This document shows positions 39,218 through 51,496 of a DNA stretch of 64,000 bases, piece by piece. Source of the stretch: Vermamoeba vermiformis (Eukaryota); the NCBI GenBank assembly GCA_045837725.1, contig JBEWZL010000109.1, forward strand, positions 248,001 through 312,000, in the 5' to 3' direction. How positions within the stretch are numbered: the first letter of the stretch is position 1; every line of letters starts with the position of its first letter. The notes under the pieces were generated by a model that was not told the origin of the DNA, made no database searches, and saw nothing but the letters and a program-made list of their open reading frames with translations. Both the position numbers and the translations under genes were made by a program.

Positions 39218-41487
39218 ATGAAGCGTTACTTGGCATATTTCGGATCCAACCACTATGATTTTCGGTTGCCCGAGCTCGAAGCAGTCGCTAAATTATTTAA
39301 TATTAATCTACAATATGACAAGACTGTCAATGTATTCGATGTAAGTCCCTAGCTATTATTTGTAATTTTATTTCAATTTTTTTAATACATTGGTTAGACT
39401 CCGTTCGTCGAGGTATTTGTCGATTCAGAAGAAGACCTTGTTAAAATCGCTAGCAGAGCTGTTACAGTAAAGTACGAACATATTCAACCAATTGTATAGT
39501 CATGTAACTAATCCAATTATTTAGAGCATTTTACGAGATCTTTGGTGCCGGCAAAAATTACAATGAAGTGATCAATGGTGTTAAGAAATATATTGCTGAA
39601 CTACCTGTAAGTAATTTATTATAAACTTACACGAGCCGGATCCATTTCGAAAATAGACCGAAATAATTATAATTGACATTTTCCTAATTAGGATGACTAC
39701 GCCAAATATTCTCATGCCGATCGATCGTTCAAATTCCTCGTAGAAGGACACAACAAGAAATTTACGCACGAACAAAAAATGGAGAAAATTGCAGCGTTTA
39801 AATTCATGGACCTGAAGTCGACTGTCAACTTGGAAAATCCCACGGATATTTTTGCAATCTTTGAAGACTATCGCCGCACAGACAAGAACACTCCTGTGCG
39901 CGTATTCATGTGCCGACAAGTAGTGCTCGGTCGACGCGATTTGATCGATGTGTTCAGCTTGAAAAAACGACAGTACTTGGGCATCACTTCGATGGACAGT
40001 GAGCTCTCGTTGATTGGTGCAAATATGGCCCTGGTACGTGCCTTGCAAAATGTCGCGTCGTACTTTCTTTCAAGAATTAACTCTCACATTTATCATTAGG
40101 CGCGTGAAGGTACAATGGTGATCGATCCATTTGTGGGCACGGGCAGTCTCGTGATCACGTGCGCACACTTTGGCTCGATGACCATGGGCGGTGACATTGA
40201 CGCTTCAGCATTGACGGGCAAAGAAGAGGGCAAGAATGTGTTCACGAACTTTGGTCAGTACAATGTGCGCGACAGACTCGTGGACGTGATGCGCTTCGAT
40301 CACCACAAGAACGACGTCATTCGCAGCAACGAGTGGTTCGACGCCATTGTTTGCGATCGTAAGTACAGCTCAAATAATAGCCGACCTGTCAGCTCGTGGC
40401 TTATTATTGGATTTAGCGCCCTATGGTATTCGTGCTGGTGCAAAGAAAGTTGGCATCAAAAAGAAGACGTTGAATTGGATCCCGAAGAGCGACCAATCAT
40501 CACAGAGCTCTGACAACAACGAACAAAGACATACTTTGCAACAGTTAGTTGACATGGACAACAATTCTGAGAATAAGGACGAGAGCAATAACACTAATAC
40601 TAATGTCGAGAATAAGGACAATGAGACTAAGCACGATGAAAAAGCATCAGAGAACCAAGCTCAAGATGACGATGACGACAGTGCCAGTGAAGACAATGAG
40701 AACGAGAAAAATGACAAGACAGAGGGTCACGAAGACACGAGTGAGGGAGGCAAGGAAGGTGTCAAAGAAGGTACCAATGAGAGTGCTGAGAGTGTGCCCG
40801 ATGAGCACAAGAACAATCCGTACTACAACAACAAGAACAGACACGAGATTTTAGAGCAACGACGCAAAGCCAAGAATCAACGAATGCGCGAAAAGATGAA
40901 AGAAAAGAAGCAAAAGAAGTACTATGAGAACAAAGCTTTGAAAGAGAAAGGTGAACACGTGCCACAGTGCGTGCCGTACAGCGTGGTTGAACTCTTGTCT
41001 GATCTCTTAGGATTTGCCGCACGAACCCTGACAGTGTATGTACTTCGTGAGACTGTCGGGTATGATACTAATATATGTACTATAGTGGTGGCAGATTAGT
41101 CTATTGGTTGCCAACAACGAACGAGTAAGCGGATCCACTCGAAAAATTAAAACCTAAATTTTGGTACTAATACGTTTATCTTCTTATAGATACAAAGATA
41201 GTGATTTGCCTCAACACCCTTGCTTCAAAATAGCCGCTAATAGTGAACAGCCTTTATCGTCCAAGTGGCGCCGAAGATTGATTACGATGGAAAAAGTTAT
41301 TCCCTACGATGAAGCCCTGCACGGAAATCTACCGCCTATTAAGTACTCGCTCGAAGAGGAACCCGCGCATGCAAATATTGCCATGAAGGTATTAAAAGAT
41401 GTTAATAGACACGATAAGCGAAATGAACTCGATCACGTAAAACCGAAGTACGAAGAACTGTTTGGAAACGAAACTAAAATAAAATAA
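39218..41487 (+). CDS. TRM11: tRNA (guanine-10 N2)-methyltransferase Trm11 with large acidic low-complexity insert
   Basis: YDFRLPEL, FSLKKRQYLGITSMDSELSLIGANMA, VIDPFVGTGSL, GGDID, FDAIVCDPPYGIRAG, GGRLVYWLP, SEQPLSSKWRRRLITMEK. Confidence 0.93.
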
Positions 41488-41664
41488 GACCAATCCGCTT
41501 ATTAAAAACAATCATGTGTACCTTGCGATATTATTCTAACGACATTCTCGACACGTAGATTACTCAACTTTTCGTGGTTTCGATTTTGCGGATCCAAAAA
41601 AGACACGTGATTTCACATTTTAATTGCTCAAAAATGAATACCTATCTTATATTGCATTTCAACC

Positions 41665-44510
41665 ATGGAACAACAAGTAGTAACCCCGACACAATTAACG
41701 ATAACGGTTAAATGCTTGCGATCTGAACTCGCGTTCGTCGAGAAACAAAAGCCATTCAAAGTAAGAAAGCTAGGCCGCTTAGCGATATTTTTCTAATATT
41801 TTGAAATAATTTTAGAGCTATATTTTCGAGTTAAGTTCGTCAGCAGGTCATAGATGGCAAGTGGCAGGTCGTTACAGCGAACTCTTCGCTTTGTATCAAT
41901 ATGTATGTCATATATTACGTGCCTTATATTTAATTAACATGGGATCCTGCAGATTACTAAGCAATATCCCAAGCACAAGCTGTCACCATTTCCACCCAAA
42001 GTAAATCCATTCAAATCAGAAGCCACCATTATTCAAGAGCGTCAAACTGGTTTCGAAAAGATATTAAATGAGATGTTCTCGGATTCAGAAATACAGGAAA
42101 GCTTTCCCTTGCTGCACTTCTTCAAAGTCAAAGATCAAGTACGGCCAGATCAAATTTCTTTTTAACCGCGTTAACGTTCTGTCTATCAGCTCTTCGGAAA
42201 GTACAGTACACAAGGTCTTAATGAAGGAATATTATGGATCAAAGTTATCGAAGCTATCGGTCTAGAACTCGAAGAGAATCCAAAAGCAGGTTAGTCTAAA
42301 AAGAATTAACATTTAATCTACTTACATCGGCTATATTAATAATATAATCGTATCACTATAGACCTTATTGTTAATGTATTATATAGATCTATCTCCTCAA
42401 TTGAAGATGCGCGTATCAGTGCCGCTGAATCACAGTTATCATCCACCAACACTCGCCACTCAAGTCTTCAACAACAACAAACACGCCAAAGTGAGTCACA
42501 ATCATTAATAATGCGATGACAAATATGAATTCATTTTATATTATGAATGACTAATGCTCACTGTGTTTATTGACAGTGGTTCGAAGAGTTCAGTGTGAGT
42601 CTGCCAAACAAAGAGTTTCCCATTCAGTTCAAAGTGTGGGTGAGTTGATCACTGTGCGATGATTGAAACTGTGTTTTTTTAGTGATGATTTTTATTTGCA
42701 TCATCATCATCATCGTGTTGACACTGACCATTGCACTCACATTCAGAATCATCGCACACTGGCATCGAATCAACTGCTGGGTCGATTTGAACTCGACATC
42801 AGACCATTTGCATCGAATCAAGTGCACGACTTGTGGCTTCAGATCTCTGTGAGTGTTTATATTTTACACATCAAATATAGTACTGCTCATCATTCACAAT
42901 ACTAACATTCGTGACAACAACAGAAATCAGCACGTCTTCATGTGATGTTTCAGTTCAGTGAATCAGTGCTGCCTTCAGAGCCCAAACAACACATCAATTT
43001 GAAGCTGCCTGACTTGCGACTCGTCTTGGACCGCACTGTCTACGTCCCAGGCGAGGTAATATGACGTGTAGGTGCCTAGCGCTATCATGAACTAACGTCG
43101 TACTGTCAGACTGTCAACGGCAGTGTGTTGTACAATGTCGGCAATCCATTGAGTGTCAAAGACATTTCACTGCAGTTGTGCGGCACTGAACACGCAGAAT
43201 GGACCGAGTCACACACTGAGAGCAGTACTGATAGTGATGGTATGATATGCCTTGGTAACTCATTACAAGACGTTCTTTGACTTTTCGTTGACCAACAGGC
43301 CAGAGCCGCACCGAGACAGTGTACGATACTTATCGACAAACAATAACGCTGTTCAATGTGTCGCAGATCCTCTTTGCCGAGAAGCCAACAGTAAGCATGG
43401 TGAATTATCACCCCGTTGTGACTAATTGCGTGCATTGCAGATTGAGTCAGGCACCTATTATTGGCCGTTTTCGTTCGTCTTGCCAATGAATTTGCCTCCG
43501 TCCATGAGATACTACGACACATACATTGAATACAACGCGACAGTGACCGTGCACAGACCAGGACTGGCATCCAACAAACGCGTCAGCACTGCATTCGAAG
43601 TGGCTGTCAATTACGTGTCAATGTACAACTCGCCAGCTGTCACTTACAAGGAGAAAAAACTCAACTTTAGATCCAAAGATCAAGTCGTCGCCATCACCGT
43701 ACGTTAATTCCTGGTACTTTCTATTAGGCACTAACATATCTATGTCGTTTAGGGTGGATTGGACGGCAACACTAATGTCGTAACTATGGGATCCACACGC
43801 ATGTTCAATTTCGTACGTAGAATGCACATTTTTATGCCTATATAGTGCGAGTATAATCTAATTATACCGTATGCTAGACAATCGATAATCGCTCAGAATA
43901 TGACGTCAAAAAGATGTTCGTTACACTCTACGCATCTGGTCACAGGCATGCACAGGGACGTAGCGATTCGTTTGGGTGGAGCTTGAATCTGCTCAAAATT
44001 GATGAAAAATCGCAAATTAAGTTACCTAAAGGACGCAATATGTAAGTGATTGGTTAGTACCAGATCCAGCTCAAACTCATCTGACCCTCTTTAGCTTGCA
44101 GACTCAGGTCCCACTAACGTTCCCTATTAACACACTGCCGAGCTTATTTAAGGAATTCACTCCTCTTATTCATATTGATTATTACATCGAGATTGAGTGC
44201 ACAATGACCGGTAAGGTTGAGCAGTACAATTGAGCTGGATCTGACGTTATTTTCGTTGTAGGATTCTTAACTGGCTCTGTATCGACAGCAATCCCTATTA
44301 TATTCAATAAGATGCCTCCCCCAACGCTCATTCAAGTACCCGCTTTCGAACCTTCAGCGCCATATATTGAACCAGTTTTGTCTTACAAATTCCAGCCAAA
44401 TGGAGTCACGCCACTACCGCCAATGGATCCAGCGTTGTTTGAACAACAATACGGCGTTAATTATTCGTCCGTTAAATCAAACGCCTGGTTCTACTCCGCA
44501 AAATGACTGA
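41665..44510 (+). CDS. PX-C2-arrestin domain protein, copy B (apparent +1 frameshift near 44473 in the last exon)
   Basis: PX: SYIFELS...GRYSELFALY...FPPKVNPF...QERQTGF; same C2 as copy A; arrestin LDRTVYVPGE...YYWPFSFVLPMNLPPS...IDNRSEYDV; C-terminus PPMDPALFEQQYGVNY shared with copy A. Confidence 0.85.
42390..43036. repeat. Right arm of ~650 bp near-identical inverted repeat (partner 35831-36480)
   Basis: Direct comparison with the reverse complement of 35831-36480. Confidence 0.95.
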
Positions 44511-44629
44511 TGAGTACATCCAAAAAAATAAATATTATTTATTTGTACAAAATTAAACAAAAAACTCGCAGGTCGCAAAAGATTTACAAGATGGTCAATA
44601 GTAGCCTATTTTAGGGTTGTCGGCGTATA

Positions 44630-46665
44630 CTACAGATCCACCTCCATCTTAGCCGGTTCAGCAGGCTTGTCTGTGGCCGCTACTTCAGTCTCGGGCTTTA
44701 ATTGATTGGCCTCCATGTGCGTAGAAGAGATGAAATTTCCTAGCAGATCGATAGCACCAACTGCGTGAGCTGAACCGTTTGAATCCGCCTGAGCGATAGC
44801 GGATGTAGAAGCCGTTGGGGCAATTGGAGCTTCAGTGCCATTAGTGTTGTTAGGAGACGGTTTAATCTCATTTTTGATCTTCATTAAGGTCGAAGCAATC
44901 ACGTTTTCTTCAACTTTATCGAGGATCGTTCGATCTTTTTCTTGGGGCACTGGGATAGAACCATCTTCGGACTAAATACGGGCCATAATTGTTAGAATAC
45001 TATCACTACATTATATTCTTGCGGTACTTACGACTGAATCATCCTTTCTAACAATTCGAATGCTTCTTTCTGAAAGTCGACGAGTTCCATCTTTCTGATA
45101 CATGTGCTCGACTTTAGCCCACCGCCTTGCGCATTGAGTATCTATATAACACATATTAATAAGTTAATTAATACTTTGCGACGTAACGTTTCAATTTGTA
45201 ACGGATGCGTACCTGTTCTCTTAGGCATGTACTTGCTTACTTGACTCCAACAGGCACCATACTGTTGAAATAATGCCGCTAATTTATCGTCCTCCTCTAT
45301 TAAAGTAATTAAATTCGACGAATTAACGTAAACTCCGAAATCCGTTACCTTTCGTCCACGTTCCCTTATTTATTCCGGGTGCAGCGACGCGGTGGTAATG
45401 TTGTGCTATAAACATGATTAGTTTGAGTATAATACTATCATTTAAAGCAACTTACAGCACTGTGAAGGTGTTTTTTGGCCTCCAGTAGCCGCATTCAACG
45501 CCTTGGCGATCTGTTTCCACTTTTTGGGGCCGTGTTCGCTGCTCTTAATGATCTCTAACAGCTTATCTGATTCTTCCTATTCCAGTGTACAATTAGTACG
45601 TGGATTATAGCCCAGTACAAAAACAAATAAAAATAATTTGTTCGATCGGATGTAACAACTTACTGGTGCCCAAAAATTCGCTGGTTTTCGTTGTCTGTCT
45701 TGTTGTTTAGAATTTTTACCCTGTTCAAACATTATCCGATTAATATTTTAAGGATTTTCAACCGTCATCCGAAACGGATTGGTTAGGTGTCAAAAACGTC
45801 ACTTTCGAATTTCGAATTGCTACAGTGCTGGTAGTTATAAAAATTGTACCTTTGATGACGAGGGGCTGCCAGGCGGTGATTCAACTGCCTCGCCGCTATT
45901 CACTTTCTGTCTTTTGCGAGGTTTCTTGTCATTGTCGCTAGCCGGACGAGATCTTTTACCGGCGCTTTTGCCCGGAATAAATAAATCATCGTCGTCCTCT
46001 ATTCTTCCTGCCTCTTGAGCCTCGCTAGAATCATCTACTAAAATTAGCATCTGAATTGATTACAATTTCAATTCTTGTTTTTCGAGTAAGCGCTCAATGG
46101 AACCGTTTATGATGCATACCACCGGGTCGATAAAATAATTATAAGGAAGATTATTAAGGCGCCCGTGATAATCTTTAAAATTTCAGGTAAAATACTGAAA
46201 AGTTACAAACTGTACGGGATTTGTACAAAGTAATGTCGTTATAAAATTTCATTTACCTGAATCTTCGGTCTCCGTCTCACCCTCTTCATTATCCTTCTTC
46301 GAAGAACTTGATTTTGACCGTTTAGTTTCGGATGTCTTTTGTTCTTTGACTTCTGAATAAGGTTGGGACAACAACGAAGCTCCTTGTGGATTGCTTTCGA
46401 TAATTTTACGTATCTGTCAAATTAAAACCACCGTTAATTCTATTTTTCGCATTTTTCTGCTTTATTTTTTGCTTAATCCAATAAATACCTGCTGTTGGGC
46501 CTCTTGTGACGGCACTTTATCGTCCAGCCATTGCACCAGCTTGCTTATAATATCGTCCGTGGCATTGCCGTACATGCCCGACACGCCAGTGGCAGCTGGT
46601 GTCGAATTACTTGTGGCATTCGCGTCCATCCCATTCGAATCTGCTATTTTGACTTGCTCCGCCAT
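44630..46665 (-). CDS. Myb/SANT-domain protein with two Myb repeats
   Basis: FWAPEESDKLLEII...GPKKWKQIA...KTPSQCAQHYHRVAAPGINKGTWTKEEDDKL...YGACWSQVSKYMPKRTDTQCARRW. Start codon uncertain. Confidence 0.85.
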
Positions 46666-47567
46666 CGTTTTCACTGCCGTCTTTGCTCAGTAAGTGATGC
46701 AAAAAATAGGTCGACAAATAAATAAAGAAGTCTTAACTCGAACCTGTAACGGCTGTTGCTACACGGTTAGTACAAGAAATAAACCAGAAGGCTACAAACA
46801 ACAAAAAAAATTATTCGTCAATTGACAGGTTGATTGACGTGGGAGGTTTTTTCTTGGATTTTGCCCGGATAAAATATTTTTGACCGTCAAATTTCCTGAG
46901 TGATGGACAAGCAGCGTAATAGCGTTACATAATACGTACCAAGCATGTTTTGATCGTGTTGCAAGTTGTTTCGGATACCAAGCCAAGCACATCCAGTGTT
47001 TTGTACCATTTTCGAATGTGTACCACTCGTCCATTGAATTGCCATTTGTCATTAAATAATTTAGGAAGGTGGTCACTTTTGGAAGGAGTGAACGAGCCTT
47101 TAAAGAGGAATAAAACGGCTCGTAAGATCTAAATCCGCCAAATTTAGTGTTGTGCTTCTAAAAGTCTCTAAAAATAGTCACTGCCACCCATAGGTAACCG
47201 CCATGATGTACCATTAATTCGAATCGAAAAAACATCCTGCGGAAGATCCGGAGCTGCAAAACTGCGTTTGGGCCAAAGACCAGCTCATCTCAGCGGTACG
47301 AATTCGTACCGACCATATTGGATATCCTTAATGCTGCAAGGCTTCATTTAAGCAGTTTAGTTATTCTTTGAAGAATAGAAGTGAGTTGTGTTGTTTCTTC
47401 GGGCATTTTCGCTTCAACTAATTCGTTCAACAACACAAGCGAGAGACCAAGCACTTTACATGTAAAAAGGCGCATATTGGATAATACTATTATCTATATA
47501 TCTATAATTATATTGAACACAAAAAAGAACGTTCCAGAATTGAGTTGGAATTTTGATCAAATCACGG

Positions 47568-50500
47568 ATGGAAGGTGAAAGATTCGAGATTATTAACCCA
47601 AATAGCAATGAGCAATCATTTGTGGTATTTCCAAATGAAGAAGAGGTAATTAATTTCGTTTATTTTCATGTCGATCCGAATTTTTTAGGATGCTCGCAAA
47701 AAAACTCAAATTTCCTCACTAACTTTATTTAAATTACAAAGATCATAGAAGACATCAACGAAAATGAAATATTCGAGATTGAATCGTTTCCCGGCGAAAC
47801 AATTTTATTGCAAATTGATAGAACGGTCGAATTGAATTTTCCTCAAATGGATCTGCGCACCAAAGGCACCTTAGTCATTACCAATCTACGTTTGGCGTTC
47901 GTATATGGAAACGAGGTAAGAATTTCAAGACTTCTTATGGGAATTATAATAATAACAAAATTTACCATAGCTTGGCCAATCCAGATGCGAAAACACCATT
48001 GTACCGTTAACAACAATATTCAGTGCCGCTCAAGGCGATGCAAATCGATCAAATTTCTACTCTTATTCAACAGGACCAATTGTTCCCGAGGTGGAAATCA
48101 AAACAAAAGATTTTAGGCTGATGCGTTTCAGATTCGAAACACCAGCAGCTAAGGAACAAGTAATGATCGTATTAGCGCAACATGCATTTTTTGGACGAGA
48201 CATTCAGCGCTGCTTTGCGTTTTCGAGACTTAAAGAGCCCTCAGAGTCGGATCCACTTGTTACCATCGAACGAAAACACCGCTGGAAAGATATTTTAAGC
48301 GATGAATTTGCACGCCTGAACTTTTCAAAGTAAGTGCACTACAATAAGACCGTTAGTTACAACTGAACCAATTCTTTTACGAATTTTCATTAATCGTACC
48401 TGTTCTAGACACGGGTTTGAGCTCTCATCCTGCAACGAGACCTTTCAAATCTGCGGCACTTATCCACGCCACATTATCACCCCTGCGAACCTTGATGCCG
48501 AGAGTAAGTCAACTCTTCGATAGCATTTACTGATACAGAGATTAACCGGTGCGTTTGCATAGCCCTTCAACAAGGAGCACAATTCCGTGCTGGCCGAAGA
48601 TTTCCAGCTGTCACGTGGATTCATCCTACAAATAAAGCCGTAATCTCCCGCGGTGCCCAACCAAAGGTAAGTCGGAATTCGTTGTGGATTAAATTCCCTC
48701 GTGTCATCCTCCTTAACGTCTCCTTGTTAATCAGTCGGGTCTGCGTGGCAATCGCAACGAATTTGACGAGTCAATCGTGCACGCGATATTCGCGGCCAAT
48801 CCAACCTCATCGTAAGTACTAATAATGGCTGTACGTGTTTTGACCTAGATCTGATTTTTATGCTCTGTCAGAGAGAAAAAAATGTTCGTAATTGATTGCC
48901 GTCCCAAGTTGGCCGCACAAGCAAACATGTTGAAAGGTGCAGGCTTTGAAAATCCCGAGTACTACGACCAGTGTAACTTGGAGTTCATGGGCATTGAGAA
49001 CATTCACAGTAAGTCACCATTTGACACGTGTCACCCATTCGAGTACTGACCTTGCCGGCCATTAGCCATGCGAACAAGTTTCACGTCCCTTTTGTCTCTC
49101 TACGTTCAGCGCAACGTGCCTGAACGACTCACTCTCGAAGGCACAAAGTGGCTCGATCACATCAAGCTGCTGCTCATTTCCGGCTCTAGAGTCGCGAAGC
49201 TTGTAGACGAAGAAGGTGCCTCAGTGCTCGTGCATTGTTCTGATGGCTGGGACCGTACAGCTCAATTAACTTCCTTGGCTCAAGTGCTGCTGGATCCTTA
49301 CTATCGTACGTACCAACAAATACTGTGAGTAAGCTTTAATATAACTATTATCGTGTAGGTACTATGGAAGGATTCTGTGCGCTGATTCAAAAAGAATGGC
49401 TGTCATTTGGCCACAAATTCAACGATCGATTAGGACACGGAATTCCCGAAGAACTTGCAACTGAATTTTCGCCCATATTTTTGCAATTCTTAGGTACGCA
49501 ATGCTTCGCGACAGCAAGTCTGAAACACTCACTAACGAGCCAAAACTTAACTTTAGACGCTGTGTGGCAGATCATGTCACAGTTCCCGAACTACTTCGAG
49601 TTCAATGAACGATTTTTGATTGTCATCTTGGACAACATTTACAATTGCAGATTTGGCACATTTTTGTTCAATAGCGAGAAAGAACGACGCTTTGTCAAGC
49701 TCGAGGAAACAACGCCGTGCTTTTGGGACTGGCTCCTAAGACCCAACTTGACTCAAAAGTTCAAGGTAAGTGGCATGGGAATGCTATAGATAGTGCGCAC
49801 GTAACTAACAACCAACCGTAGAATAACCACTATAGTCACTATGAAAAGAGGTTGGTGCCTAACGACTCAACTTCAGTGCTGCAATGTAAGTAGATCTGGT
49901 GCAACGTTACCGCAAGCACGAATCGTATTAATATGTTTTGGCATTAGTTTGGTCCACGTATTATCAACGATTCAAGCACGAAATGCAACGCTTTCACCAG
50001 CACTTGGTTCACACACAGAACGCGAATCACCCAAAGTCGACGTTGCAGCTCAGAAAGGAAAACGAACAGCTGCGCACATTGTTGCACGAAGAAAAGCGAC
50101 GCACGAGACTGTACGAGCGACTTCTTATTGATCAACTCAAGCACCGTGAAGAGTTCAGGCAGAAATTGTTGCAAGAATTGACGAAACAAACTGCGCGAAG
50201 TGATGTCAAGTTGGAGTCATTTGACTTCGCTATTGACTACGAAAACGACAATATCGTCTTTAAGATCAAGCCCAAAGACGCAACCAACTCTGCCGTGGTG
50301 ACAAAGTACTGCTCAGACCTCTCAGTAAGTAGCTCATACTAGCACAAAGTGTCACACGTGCACTAACACACGTGTCACAGACGAATCTCATTGACAACTA
50401 CGCTCCTCCGACACATGACACAGAAGCTGTTCCCATACGCCGTAGATCACGTGCACGTCGTCCTATCGTGCCCGAACTGAACAACAACGCAATGGCCTTG

Positions 50501-50848
50501 CGATCATCGTTGAATCACAGTTTATTGGCCGGCAATGCACCTCTTGTAGCATCGACACGTGACCTTGTGCGTGTGACGCTAGGCAAGCTGTTTGATTGGC
50601 TCGGTGGCTGGGGTTGGACTGCACCCGCTGAAGGTGATCTTCATCACGCGGCAAATGACCACAACGGCGATGTCGTAGTCGATGGGGCCAATGGCCACGA
50701 GGTCAACGGGCACGCGGATCCTGCAGCCGATGCAGTACCTGATGAGCCGAAAAAGGTATTGGAGGCCAATGGCCACGATACTGATCACACTGTTAATAAC
50801 ACCGATGTAAATATTGTCGAAGGCAACTCGAGATCAGCCGAACAATGA
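47568..50848 (+). CDS. Myotubularin-related phosphoinositide 3-phosphatase (PH-GRAM, active PTP, coiled coil)
   Basis: [26 protein letters not shown] region/[89 protein letters not shown]. Confidence 0.95.
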
Positions 50849-51496
50849 AGGCGGATCTGGATTGCGTTTGACGCGAGCTGTAAGCTGTAACTGATGTACA
50901 GGCACGAAGTAAATCTTTCGTGTAATTTAATTAATTGCAAGGCACTTTTGGATTTTGACACCGAATAATAATATCCATTTTTGGCGTTTGTTAATCTTGG
51001 CGAGCACAGAATTTAATTAACTTCGGATAAACATCGCAATAAGTGATGTAATATTGTAATAATATGTTGCCGCTCAAATACACAGTCATGCGGATGTTTT
51101 CACATCGGAGGACACGCGATCAAATTCCGTACTGACCCGAAAATTCAGCGTTTAATTTTTAGCTGGATGTGCCGATACATAGTTTCGAAATATTATTATT
51201 ATTTACCTCATAATTATAATAACGCCAATAAAATTAAGATTATTGTAAGCGCCTTCCGGGTGGCAAATTTAATCGCCACTTGGCGCGGGAGATAGCGATT
51301 CACATTCGTAAAACCTCTACCGCGGGTATCTGCGTCGTTCCTGATGCTAAAGGTGGATTGAAGACCTCGTCACGTGAAAAGCGGCATAATTAATTAAAGA
51401 AATTATCCAAACCGCAAAAGTTCCGACAAACAGGCCAATACTGACAGTTAATGATTTGAATCACCACAAGAACCGGTTTATTTTTGAATCTATTCA

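Noticed and set aside
42640-42746. Poly-His ORFs (HHHHHRVD...) here and at 35988-36170
   Set aside because: The (CAT)n run lies inside a GT-AG intron; splicing gives the contiguous C2 motif FKVW|NHRTL.
35831-43036. Inverted repeats as terminal repeats of a transposon
   Set aside because: The arms are internal exons and introns of two host paralogues; no transposase or target-site duplication is seen.
46792-47076. 94-aa minus-strand ORF upstream of the Myb gene
   Set aside because: Non-ATG start, no recognisable motif; could be 5' UTR sequence and cannot be supported as a gene.
47322-47331. ATATCCTTAA, a U12-like donor
   Set aside because: Intergenic, with no flanking exon or matching branch site/AC acceptor found. 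The GTATCCTT at 38900 is likewise on the non-coding strand.
48667-48734. U12-like branch sequence TCCTTAAC in a myotubularin intron
   Set aside because: The donor is canonical U2 GTAAGT; at most a vestige, and probably chance.
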